This document shows, piece by piece, positions 25,501-37,358 of a stretch of DNA of 64,000 bases. Location: the NCBI RefSeq assembly GCF_963921235.1, contig NC_086107.1:102488001-102552000 (forward strand), written 5' to 3'. Made by a program: the position numbers and the translations under genes. The notes under the pieces were generated by a model that did no database searches, was not told the origin of the DNA, and was given only the letters and a program-made list of their open reading frames with translations. This stretch comes from Mobula hypostoma (lineage: Eukaryota). How positions within the stretch are numbered: the first letter of the stretch is position 1; every line of letters begins with the position of its first letter.

Positions 25501-28002
25501 CTTTAACATGAGTTCTTCATTATAAAGGAATTGCACTCTGCCAGTTTCCCAGTCAAGTTCCATTTCACTGGAAATAGACAATAGGTGCAGGAGTAGGCCA
25601 TTCAGCCCTTCGAGCCAGCAAATGAATGTTAACTGTATGTTGGGCCCTGACAAGGAATATTGACAGCAGGAATAACATGCCATCTCACTTTATTGTGAGG
25701 TTCTCCTATGGGAAAAGGACTGCCGAACAATTTGGACATTGTTTCTTCTGACAAGAGAAGGGTGGGCTTGTCGCAGCTTAGAGCTCTTCAGAGGCATGGG
25801 GCTAATTGTCTTAAAGTCGAGATGATTCCCCTTGTGAGGGTTTCAAAATTTCTGCACAAGTAACGGGGAGTCACAATAAATCCCGTCAGGAAAGGCTCGG
25901 ATAAAACGAAAAATTCCACCTGGAGTGGCTGAGTTAATTAACAATGGGTCAGAGCCAGGGTAAGAGTTTGCCTCTCCTCAGGTCTATCACTGTGAACAAG
26001 GGCTGACGAGAGAGAGGGATCAGCAGTGGAAAGGGTGAACAGCTGGGTGTCGGCATCTCTGAAGATCTACCCTGGGGCCGACCTATTGATGCAATTTCGA
26101 AGAAGGCACCCAGTGGCTAGGTTTCATTAAGAGTTTAAGGAGATTTGCTATGTCACAAACAGTGGTTCTAGAAAATTTCTACAGATGGAGAACAACATGA
26201 CTGGTTGCGTCACCATCTGGTACGGAGGGGCCACTGCAGAGGATCGGAAAAAGCAGCGGAGGGTTGCAAACTCAGTCAGCTCCATCATGGGCACGAGCCT
26301 CCACAGCACTGAGGACATCTTCAGTAGGTAATCCGTCAAGAGGGTCCATCATTCAGGACCCTCACCATCCAGGACGTGCCTTGTTCTCATTGCTACCATT
26401 TGGGAGGAGGTACAGGAGCTTGTAGACACACACTCAATGTTTTAGGAACAGCTTCTTCCCCTCCACCATCAGATTTCTGAAAGTCCCATGAACACAGAAC
26501 ACCACCTCACTTTTTGCACTATTTAATTCTTTATACTTCTCTGTAACTGATAGTATTTTTTATGTACTACACTGTATTGTTGCCACAAAACAGCAAATTT
26601 CATGACAATGTTAGTGATAGTGGACCCATTGCTTCCCCTGGAGGAGAGAACCAGCAGTGTGATTTATAGGGCATTGAAGCCCAGACGCTGGGCTGGTGAA
26701 ATACTGGGTGACAGAGGAACTGCAGGAGAATCAGTAACCAAAGGTAATCAGCAGCAGAGCCCGCGTGGAAATCGGGGGAATCTCTATTTTGCTCTGAGTC
26801 CGATCAGAAAACACTGCCTGAAGAAAGAGTGGAATGTGATTCAATGATAACCCTTGGAGCGAACCAGGAACCGAGGTAAATCTAGGAGGAATTGATTAGC
26901 TCTTTCAAAGAGCTTGAAAAGGCATGAAGGGTTGAATGGCCTTATTCCTTACATGATACACGGTGAGGGAGGGGTGGGGTAGAAAGTAGAAAATTCACAC
27001 CAAATGGAATCCCCAAGAGAATCTTAGGGAATCACACGCAGGGAAACAGGCCCTTCGGCCCATCTTGCCCATGCCTACCAAGATGTCTTTGTAAGCTAGT
27101 CCTGTTTGGTTCATAACCTGGTAAACCCTTCCCGTTCAAACCCATCCAAAAGTCTTCTAGATATTGTTAAAGTACCCACCTCTAATACTTCTGGCAGCTA
27201 GTTCCATATCCTCACCTCCCTCTGTGTGAAAACGTTGCCCCTCTGATCCTCATTATATCTTTCCTCTTCCACCTTAATCATATGCCTTCTCTGTGCCTTG
27301 GAGAAAGACTGTGACCCTCATCATTTTATAGACCTCTGTAAGGTCGCCTGTCAGTCTCCTTCAGGGGGAAAAGACCCAGCTACCTAGTCTCTTCTTATAA
27401 CCCAGTCCAGGCAACATCATGGTGGCTCTTTTCTGCACCCTCTCTAGTTTAATTTCCCCCTGTGTGCTCACAGGACAACTAGAGAGGGGTGTTGACAGAC
27501 AGGGGTCTCTGCACATTGGGGCTGCGGCTGTTGTGGGGTATCTTGAGTCCCCAGCAGGACGGGTTCACCTGCAGAGTGTACACTGTGAACCTCAGGTCTG
27601 TGCGCGGTGCCACATTAAATAGAAGCTGAAACATAGGAAAACCTGCAGCACAATACAGGCCCTTTGGCCCACAATGCTGTGCCAAACATGTACGTGCTTT
27701 AGAAATTACCTTGGGTTAACCATAGCCCTCTATTTTTCTGAGCTCCATGTACCTGTCCAGGAGTCTCTTAAAAGACCCTATCATATCCGTCTCCACCACC
27801 GTTGCCAGCAGCCCATTCCACGCACTCACCACTCTCTGCATAAAAAAACTTACCCTGACATCTCTTCTGTACCTACTTCCAAGCACCTTAAAACTGTGCC
27901 CTCTCGTGTCAGCCATTTAAACACGTCACTACCATGGAGATAAGAAAATCCAAGATGATATAACAAAATGTTACTTCTCCAATAATCGTTTTAAACACCT
28001 AC

Positions 28003-28130
28003 CTTTCTTCCTGGAACTTGAGCCGCTTCCGGAACTACCAATTTGAGAGGAAACAGGGAAAGCCTGTGTTCCTGGTATCCCTGCTGAGGCTTCAGATGAC
28101 TGAGCAATTCATGTGGACATGTCTCCCCTA
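28003..28130 (-). other. Candidate upstream (5' UTR) exon of CHADL
   Basis: Strong donor AAG|GTAGGT at 28003/28002 in non-repetitive sequence. An upstream exon is expected because the ATG at 19006 directly follows a splice acceptor. The 5' boundary is a guess. Confidence 0.22.
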
Positions 28131-30513
28131 CAGTTTTTGCTCAGAGTGATTTCAAGAGCAGAGTCTGGAGTGAGAAATTCCCAGCTCCGAAGGTGACGGA
28201 TCCCCCTTTTGATGTTTCCCCGTCCAACCAGAGATAGCAGCGAGGGACTGGAGGTGTCTGCTTGTGGGAGGGTCTGGGCTGGGGGAGCACGGCTTGGAAT
28301 TTTCCACTGCCTGAAGATTTATCCAGGATTTTGTTACCCAGAGCTGCTCCTGAGGTTGGGAGGAAGGAACAAAGAGGTCTTTCACCCTGCTGTTCATTTA
28401 TTCAGATCAGTAGGTTTCTGAGCTGACTTAAACCACGCCAAATACTGATGTTTCTGTTCAGACCTTCTTCCTGTAGGTACCGAGACCCAACGTACACAGT
28501 ACCGGACAGTGCCTCAGTCAACACACACTGTTTGGATAGGCTATTCCAACACAGGGTGCATCACCTGCTCTCTTGCTGAAGGGTTTCTGAGGGAGGGGTG
28601 GGCAGCAGACAGGAATCACGGATTTGCACACCAGCTGATATCCACCCTCCCCTTTGTAACACTGAGATGCGAGGCAAAACGGCTGTGAACTCCTGCCCAC
28701 TCTGCCCAAGGACAAATGGCTGGAACCATTCCCGATCCTTCCATGACCCTCCCAGTAACTCTTACAGCCATGTGGTCATCAGTACCTGGGCCAAGCCCTG
28801 GCAAGTCAACAACAACAACTGTCTGCATTTATATGGCACCCTGAACATACGCCCTTGATTTCTTACACAGTTAAGAGTTGCGATGTAATGATGCAGCTCT
28901 ATAAGACTCTGGTTAGACCACACTTGGAGTACTGTGTCCAGTTCTGGTCACCTCACTATAGGAAGGATGTGGAAGCATAGGAAAGGGTACAGAGGAGATT
29001 TACCAGGAGGCTGCCTGGTTTAGAGTACAGATTATGATCGGACATTAAGGGAGCTAGGGCTTTACTCTTTGGAGAGAAGGAGGATGAGAGGAGACATGAT
29101 AGAGGTGTACAAGATATCAAGAGGAATAGCTAGAGTGGATAGCCAGCGCCTCTTCCCCAGGGCACCACTTCTCAATACAGGAGGACATGGCTTTAAGATA
29201 AGGGGTGGGAAGTTCAAGGGGGATATTAGAGGAAGGTTTTTTTACTCAGAGAGTGGTTGGTGCGTGGAATGCACTGCCTGAGTCAGTGGTAGAGGCAGAT
29301 ACACTCATGAAGTTTAAGAGACTACTAGACAGGTATATGGAGGAATTTAAGGTGGGGGGGTTATATGGGAGGCAGGGTTTGAGGGTCAGCACAACATTGT
29401 GGGCCGAAGGGCCTGTAATGTGCTGTATTATTCTATGTTCTATGTTAAAGGAGGCTATTTCAGTGTCTATGCTGGCAATTTGATTCCCTGCTAATTTTTC
29501 CTGTATGTTAGTGTGTCAGAGAAAGATACAGACCCTTCAGCCCATCATGTCTGTGCTGAACATCAACCACCCATTTACACAAATCCTGTTTTCTTCCATC
29601 TCCCCACATTCTCATTAATGTCCCCCAGATTCTACACATAGCTACACATGGGGAGGGGGTGAGGGAGAGCAATTTGTAGTCGGCAATCAACCCCCCAACC
29701 TGCATCTCCAGGCTGCATCTCAGGCTGAGACCCTTTATCAGGACCCGTATGTCAGCAAGGTTTCCCCCATGGATATCAGAATACATGGGGGTGTGAGTCC
29801 TTGCTGACAGGAGTGCACAGTCTTCTGTGTCATAAGAAAATTAAGGAAATAAAAGGAGGCTTCAGCTCCAGTTCTGGGCACTGCAATTCAGAAAGAATGT
29901 AAAGGTTTGGTAGAGTCATAGAACACTACAGCACAGAAAAAGGCCTTTCAGCCCATCTAGTAATCTGCCTAGTCCCATTGACCTGCTCCCGGCCCATAGT
30001 CTTCCATTCCCCTCTCATCCATGTACCTATGCAAACTTCTCTCTTAAACGTTGGAATTGTCCCCCGCATCCACCACTTGCACAAAGAAATTCCCCCTCAT
30101 GATCCCATTAAACATTTCACCTCTCACCCTTCATCCATGACCTCTAGTTCTAGTCTCACCCAACCTCAGTAGGAAAAGCCTGCTAGCATTTATCCTATCA
30201 ATACTGATAGGGGGGAGTGGCCCGACTTGGATTAGAACTCGGGAGCCTTTGCTCCGAAGTCCGTCGCTGATGCCACTGTGCCACCAGTCGGCCACCAGTG
30301 AGTAGTTCAGTTCCCGGCGCTGTCTGTAAGGAACTTGTATGTTCTCCCCGTGACCACATGTGTCGCCTCTGGATGCTCCGCTTTTCCTCCCACATTCCAA
30401 AGACATACGGGTTAGTAAGTTGTGGGCATATCATGTTGGCACTGAATGCGAGTAGACACTTGTGGACTGTCCCAACACATCCTTGGACACATTTCAGTGT
30501 GTGTTCCGACACA

Positions 30514-31056
30514 AAGCGCTGTGCAAAAGTCTTAGGCACATATATATCGCTAGGGTGCCTAAAACATTTGCACAGTACTGTATTTGTCAACGTGGAGCGG
30601 AGAGCGAGTTTGTAAATCCGGCGGGAGCAAAGGATGTTGGGAATGGTGAGAGTGGAGCACCATGGGAGGGGTGTGGGACAGGTGGCAGAGAAGCAGTGCC
30701 AGGGGTTGAGGGTGGCACGGGCGCAGACGCACCCAGCTGAGACACCAGGCAAGGTCAATTGATTCCAAACAATTGGTTTATTGATCATTATAGAATGGCT
30801 CTCCGGCGCTTCCCGCCTCCTTCCCCTTTTCGCAACCACAATTCCCCTCTCCCTGCCCCCTTCCCACTCTTAACCCACAAGAGAGACCCATATCACAATC
30901 AGGTTTATCATCCTCACATGTGTTATGAAATTTGTTCATTTTTATATGTTAGCAGCACAGTGCAATATATAAAATTACTACAGTCCTGTGCAAAAGTCTT
31001 TGGCACCCTGGCTATATATATATATATATATTGCCTCAGACTTTTGCACAGTTCTC
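30514..31056. mobile_element. Composite element bounded by two inverted Tc1-derived mini-MITEs
   Basis: Hairpin MITEs at 30514-30580 and 30981-31056, both with CTGTGCAAAAGTCTT(A/T)GGCAC ends matching the Tc1 TIR at 1229-1255. Confidence 0.7.
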
Positions 31057-33807
31057 TACATGTGACAATTAAAGTTAATCTCTAAATCTTTCAGAACACA
31101 ATAGCATAGGAACTGGCCCTTTGGATCACAACGTCCATACTGACCATAATGGCAAATTAAACTAACCCCATCTGCCGTACATGATCCCTATCCCTCCATC
31201 CTCTGTATGTTCATGTATCTGTCTCAGTACCTCTTCTGATTCTGATTCTTAAACGCCGCTATCGTTTCCCTTGGCAGCCCATCCTAAGTTACCTACTGCT
31301 CTCTGTGTGTAAAAAAAAGGTTGCTTTCATAAATCTCCTTTAAACTTTCCCCCCACCCCCAACTTAAAGCTGTACCCTCTAGATTTTCTGCCCTGGCGAA
31401 ATATTCTACTTATCTATCATGTGTCCCCTCAAGTTTCTGACACTCCTGAGAAAACAACCCAAGTGTGTCAAACTTCTCCTTACAGCTAATACTCACTTTT
31501 CATCCCTTTTCCCTCCGGGAGAAGGTTCAGGAGCTTGAAGACTCATACGGCCAGATTTGGGGACAGCTTCTTTCCAACTGTGATAAGACTGCTGAACGGA
31601 TCCTGACCCGGATCTGGGCCGTACCCTCCAAATATCCAGACTTGCCTCTCAGTTTTTTTTGCACTACCTTACTTCCCATTTTTCTATTTTCTATTTATGA
31701 TTTATAATTGAAATTTTTAATATTTACTAATTATAACTATTTTTAATATTTAATATTTGTAATCCAGGGAGCGCGAAGCGCAGAATCAAATATCACTGTG
31801 ATGATTGTACGTTCTAGTACCAATTGTTTGGCGACTATAAAGTATAAAGTATACTCTGTAGTCCCAGCGACACCCTGATGAACTACTTCTAAAAACTCCA
31901 CATCCTTCCTGTAATCTGGTGACCAGAACTGCAGACAACACTTCAAATGCAGTTTAAACAAAAATTCATATGGTGGCAACATGATTTCTGAAATTTTTAT
32001 ATTCAGCGCTATGCAACTTCCCAAAGGGAATCAGCAATATGCTGAAAAGGGGAAAGTCAGTTGCCGAGAAATTGGGTAAGAGGAGATGGGACGAATTTTG
32101 CAACTAGACCTTCCAAGGGTAATAGACTGTGGGCTCTTACTGTGTTATATGGTACGCACCATGGATAATCAGGATTTACAAGCTGTTGTTGACAATTTAC
32201 GATTAAGTAACGTTATGGTGATAGCGTAGAGTGGGCATTTACTCTAAGGTGCCTTTCAGAAACTCTTGTGGAGTTTAAAAGAATCCTGGACGTGTTGACA
32301 GTGGCTGTGTGTCTGTGCATACAAAACTCCAGTACAGAGTGCCCATTGTCCAGTTAACCCTGCCGTTACTTGGCGATCACTGTCTGTGTGTGCTGGGCAA
32401 ACACCCAGCAGTAAATAGACCATGTGCGAACCGAGACAGTGTACCACACATCCAGTCACGTGATGGAGATTGAAACATAAGGAGGTACTTATAGTGACAT
32501 AAGGTCACAAGAGGATGAATTTTGAGCATAAAGCACACATCAGTTGCCTATGGTACGTGGATCCTCGCAGCCAGCTTGGGAGGTCCATCTTGTTCAGGCC
32601 GTACTCTGTAAACTGCATAGGGGCAGGCCTAAACCCTCAAACCAGAACCTTGAATGCACTGGAGATCCGACATTGACCTCAGGCGGGACTTCCCCGTGGC
32701 CAAACATTTTAATTCCCATTCCCATTCTGGCATGTCGGTTCATGGCCTCCTCTTGTGCCAAGATGAAGACACACTCAAGGTGGAGGAGCAACACCTTATA
32801 ATCTGTCTGGGTAGCCTCCAACCTGACAGCATGAATATCAATTTCTCCTTCTTGTATACAAATCCTTTCCCGCCCCCCCCCCGTTCCCCACTCTGACCTT
32901 TTACTTCTCACCTCCTATTACTTCCCACCCCCACCCCCCCACGAGTCCCCTCCTCCTTTCTTTTCTCCTCTGGTCCACACTCCTCCCCTATCAGATTCTT
33001 CCTTCTCCAGCCCTTGACCTTTCCCACCCACCTGGCTTCACCTATCACCTTCTAGTTAGGCTTTCTGTCCTCCCCCACCTCTATATTTCAGCATCTTCCC
33101 CCTTCTCTCTCAGTCCTGAAGAAGGGTCTCAGCCCAAAACGTCGACTGTTGACTCCCCTGGCCTGCTGAGTTCTTCCAGCATTTTGTGTGCGTGAAATTG
33201 GTCTAACAGGGATCAGGCCTTTGGTTAGACACCCTAGTGTTACCCGAGCTCGAAGATTTGGTGTTAACAGATACTTTTCAATGAAAAATGTAGAGCAATG
33301 AGGCAAGCGGAAGTGGGAAGAATTTTGCAAATGGACAATCCAAGGATTATAGACCCTGGCCTCTTTGCTGTATTATGTGGATCAGGCAGTATCTGTGGAG
33401 GAAATGGACCAGTGACTTTTCGGGTCAAGACTCTTCACCTGGGCTGAAAGATGGAGGGCCGATGGGCAGTATAAAGAGAGGGGGGGAAGGGTGCGCATGA
33501 GCTGGCAAGCGATAGGTGAATCCAGGTGAGGAGGGGAAATAAGCGGGTGGAGGAGGGAAGAGTAGACACCATGATGGAAGGTGGGGAAGTGAGATGATAG
33601 GTGGAGGCTTTCTATCTCGTGTATGCATCAAGCTTTTCCTTACATGGATACTTTGAAGATTACCTGTGACAGGTAGTTCACCACTCTCAGCTCTCTGTGT
33701 ACTGAAATTCATCCTTAATCTTTTATCAGATTAGTTGGTGCATCCTTATACTAGTAAAGTATAACGCAAACACGAGGAAATCTGCAGATGGTGGAATTTC
33801 AAGCAAC

Positions 33808-33986
33808 ACACATAAAAGTTGCTGGTGAACGCAGCAGGCCAGGCAGCATCTCTAGGAAGAGGTACAGTCGACATTGCGGGCCGAGACCCAGGAGTCCTGA
33901 CGAAGGGTCTCAGCCTGAAATATCAACTGTACCTCTTCCTAGAGATGCTGCTTGGCCTGCTGCGTTCACCAGCAACTTTTATGTGT
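33808..33986. repeat. ~180-bp foldback made of two inverted Penelope-like termini
   Basis: ACACATAAAAGTTGCTGGTGAACGCAGCAGGCCAGGCAGCATCTCTAGGAAGAGGTACAG... is mirrored by ...CTGTACCTCTTCCTAGAGATGCTGCTTGGCCTGCTGCGTTCACCAGCAACTTTTATGTGT; 15-nt loop at 33890-33904. Confidence 0.9.
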
Positions 33987-36055
33987 CTTACTAGTAATGT
34001 ATACATATTTCATAATAAATGCACTTTGAACTTTGAACTTCCCTTTTTTTACTCAGTCCTTATGGAAACTGTAATAACTTTACATAACTTTCAAACTTTT
34101 CAAGGCAAGGATCTCCGTTGTCCTCAATCTTCCTTGTTGGGCCGCCTTCGATATTCTAGCAACATCTTCATCAAGATTGTTGGTCCTTTCCCCTGATCTT
34201 TGTGAGTCATTTCTGCCACTGAGGGACTGAACTGTACATATTATTCCAAGTGCAGAACATTCGAAGTTCCACCTAACTTTTACATTAGCTCCCTGTCACA
34301 GTGCACACTCGCAAGACTGCCCCCAAGAGCGGAGGAACGGCAGGCTTTCACTATCACTGGGGTCGGTGGTACCGACTCAACCCAGGAGTGGCGGACGGCA
34401 GGCTTGTGACCTGGCCCAGGAGTGGAGGACAGCAGAATCCCCACGAAGAGATGGAAACAAGTGGTGAGGCCTCGGAATACCAACAGAGCCTCAGAGGTAC
34501 ACTGCGAGACAAATCATTCTCGATAACACAGTCAGACTCTGCTAAAGAGCTTACTGGAGACCGCTTTAAATAATCATAGAATGCAGCAAACCTGCGCCAG
34601 TCACAATTAACTTGATAAGACCAAACAGAAAGCACAAGGGCTCAATGGCTCTAGTTAAGGTAGCAGTTAGTAAATATGGGTGCTCGAGAAACCTAGGAGA
34701 TCAAAGTTCTGTAGCAAGCCGCAGAGGCTCATAGTGCTCGATAGTGCAGGTAATACAAAGCTGGGTGGTAAGGGGAGCTCTGAAGAAGATAAAGGTTAGT
34801 TTTGAAGGCTCTTTGTCAATATATTAATTCATGAAATGAGCCAGAGCTATACAGCACAAAAACAGGCTCTTTGGCCCACTGAGTACATGCCAACCATTTG
34901 CACTAGTCCAATTTTATTCTCCGCACCTTCCCATCAGCTCAGCTGGGGATTGTGCAGACTCCTCATTACCGCTGCACAGAAATTATGCTTTAGCCCCGAA
35001 GAGGGTCCAGAGGTACGTTCGCTGGGAAGGAGCATTTCAGTTATGAGGAGAGACTGTTGAAGTTGGATCTACTGTATTATCACTGGAGCAGAGGTGGTTA
35101 AGAGGGGACACGATTGTGATGTATAAAATTATGAGAGGTATAGATAGGGCGGACTGTGGGAAATATTCCCCCATATCGCAGGCAGATGAAACTGGAGGAG
35201 ACACAGGAGGTTTAGGATAAAGAGTTGGAGATTCAGAGGGGATCTGAGGGGGTTTCTCTCACCCAGAGAGTGGCAGATCGGTGAGTGGAAACAGAGTCAT
35301 CAACGGCATTTAAATGGCTACACAACACTGTTTCCATACACTTTGCCTCTTTCCTAACTGTATGACTCACTGACTCTTGTCCTACCCCTCACCCACACAC
35401 TGGGGCAACTTAGAGGGCCAAGTAACCCACCGACAGCCCATCTTTGGGATACAGGAGTATGTATGTGGGAGGAAACTGGAGCACCCGGAGAAAACACGCC
35501 CTGTCACAGGGAGGACACGGTAGCGTAGTAGTTAGCACGACGCTTTACAGTACCAGCGACCCAGGTTCAATTCCCGCCACTGCTTGTAAGGAGTTTGTAC
35601 GTTCTCCGTGTGATCACATGGGTTTCCTCCGGGTGCTCTGGTTTCCTCCCACAGTCCAAAGACATACTGATTGGTAGGTTAAGAACATAAGAAATAGGAG
35701 CAGAAGTAGACCACTAGCCCGTCGAGCCTGCTCTGCCATTCAATAAGTTCACGGCTGATCAGGCCACGGACTCACCTCTACCTAAGCTGCCTTTTCCACA
35801 TAACCCTTAATTCCCCTACTATGCAAAAATCTATCCAACCTTGTCTTAAATATACTTACTGAGGTAACCTCCACTGTTTCATTGGGCAGAGAATTCTACA
35901 GATTCACCACCCTCTGGGAAAAGCAGTTCCTCCTCATCTCTGTCCTAAATCTACTCCCCCGAATCTTGAGGCTGTGTCCCCTAGTTCTAGTCTCACCTAC
36001 AGAGGAAACAACTTTCCTGCCTCTATCTTTTCTATCCCTTTCATAATTTTATATT

Positions 36056-37358
36056 ACTCACTCACATCCCCATCTACATCAACGGAGCTGTACTGGAGTG
36101 TGTATCAAGCTTCAAATTCCTTGGTGTCCACATTTCCGAGGATCTCACCTGGTCCCTGAACTCCTCCATCCTGATCAAAGAGGCGCAACAGCACCTTTAT
36201 TTCCTGCGGAGCATCAAGAAAGCTCACCTCTGTCCCAGGATACTGATGGACTTTTACTGCTGTACCATTGAGAGCATACTCACCAACTGCATCTCAGCGT
36301 GGTATGGCAATTGTCCCATATCGGACCGCAAAGCACTCCAACGTGTGGTGAAAACTGCCCAGCGGATTATCAGCACCCAATTGCCCACCATTGAGAACAT
36401 CTACCATAAACGCTGCCTGGGCAGGGCGAAAAGCATTATCAGGGACGCATCTCACCCTAATCATGGACTTTTTACTCTCCTCCCATCCAGTAGGTGCTAC
36501 AGGAGCCTCCGCTCCCACACCAGCAGGCACAGAAAGAGCTTCTTCCCTGAGGCTGTGACCCTGCTGAACCTCACATCACAGCGCTAAGCAGTATTGCATC
36601 CGTATTGTACTGTCAGTACTTTTATATTTGTGTGCTGTAGTGCTCTTTTTATTCACAGTTATTTTATAAATAACACTATTCTTTGCATTTCCTCGGGTCA
36701 AGAATGATGAGTTCGGAGAAGGACATAAAGATACGGGAGGCATTGGTGTGGAGGGCTATGAACGACATGAAGGAAATCTGGAAGTCGAACCTGACCAGGG
36801 GGCTTAAAAAGAGGATTTTCATAGCAATCACAGAGTCCGTTCTCACGTACGGATACGAGACGTGGACACTTACCAAGATTATGCGAAAGTCTCTAGATGG
36901 TTGCTATACACAAATGCTCCGGATGGCTCTTGACATGAGTTGGCAACAGCACATGACGAACGTCGAGCTCTATAACAACCTACTGATGCTCACCACTAAA
37001 ATCAAGGTGAGAAGACTGCAACTAGTGGGGCACTGTCTACGCCACCCCGAGCTACCTGCCAGCCTAGTCATCATATGGGAGCCCAAGCACGGGAGGATGA
37101 ACCCTGGGCGCCCTCCCAAGACTATGGTCAACCCGCTCCTAGAAGACAGCGGCACGGCCAATGTAGATGAACTGAACACACTGATGAGGGAGAGGGAGAA
37201 GTGGAGAGTCCGTCATCATGCCCGATGCCGGCCCCCTAGGCCTGAGTCAACGTAGTAGTAGTAGTTTGCATTTCTGGTCAGATGCTAAATGCATTTCATT
37301 GGCTTTGTATCTGTTCTCGGCACAATAACAATAAAGTTGAATCTAATCTAATCTAATC
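36056..37358 (+). mobile_element. Rex1/Babar-type LINE (split by an RTE insertion)
   Basis: ORF 36246-36587 TIESILTNCISAWYGNC..RKALQRVVKTAQRII..SHPNHGLFTLLPS..SFFPEAVTLLN; (AATCT)n tail; TTATAT duplicated at 36049-36054 / 37359-37364. Confidence 0.85.
36692..37264 (+). mobile_element. 5'-truncated RTE-clade LINE
   Basis: Uninterrupted ORF end (ESVLTYGYETWTLTK..GHCLRHPE..WEPKHGRMNPGRP), (TAG)n tail, 10-bp TSD TTTGCATTTC (36682-36691 / 37265-37274). Confidence 0.88.

Noticed and set aside
35513..35580. tRNA-like sequences (also 6670-6740, 40696-40770, 50347-50415, 57754-57825, 58085-58150)
   Set aside because: They are SINE heads continuing into repeat bodies and lack proper cloverleafs.
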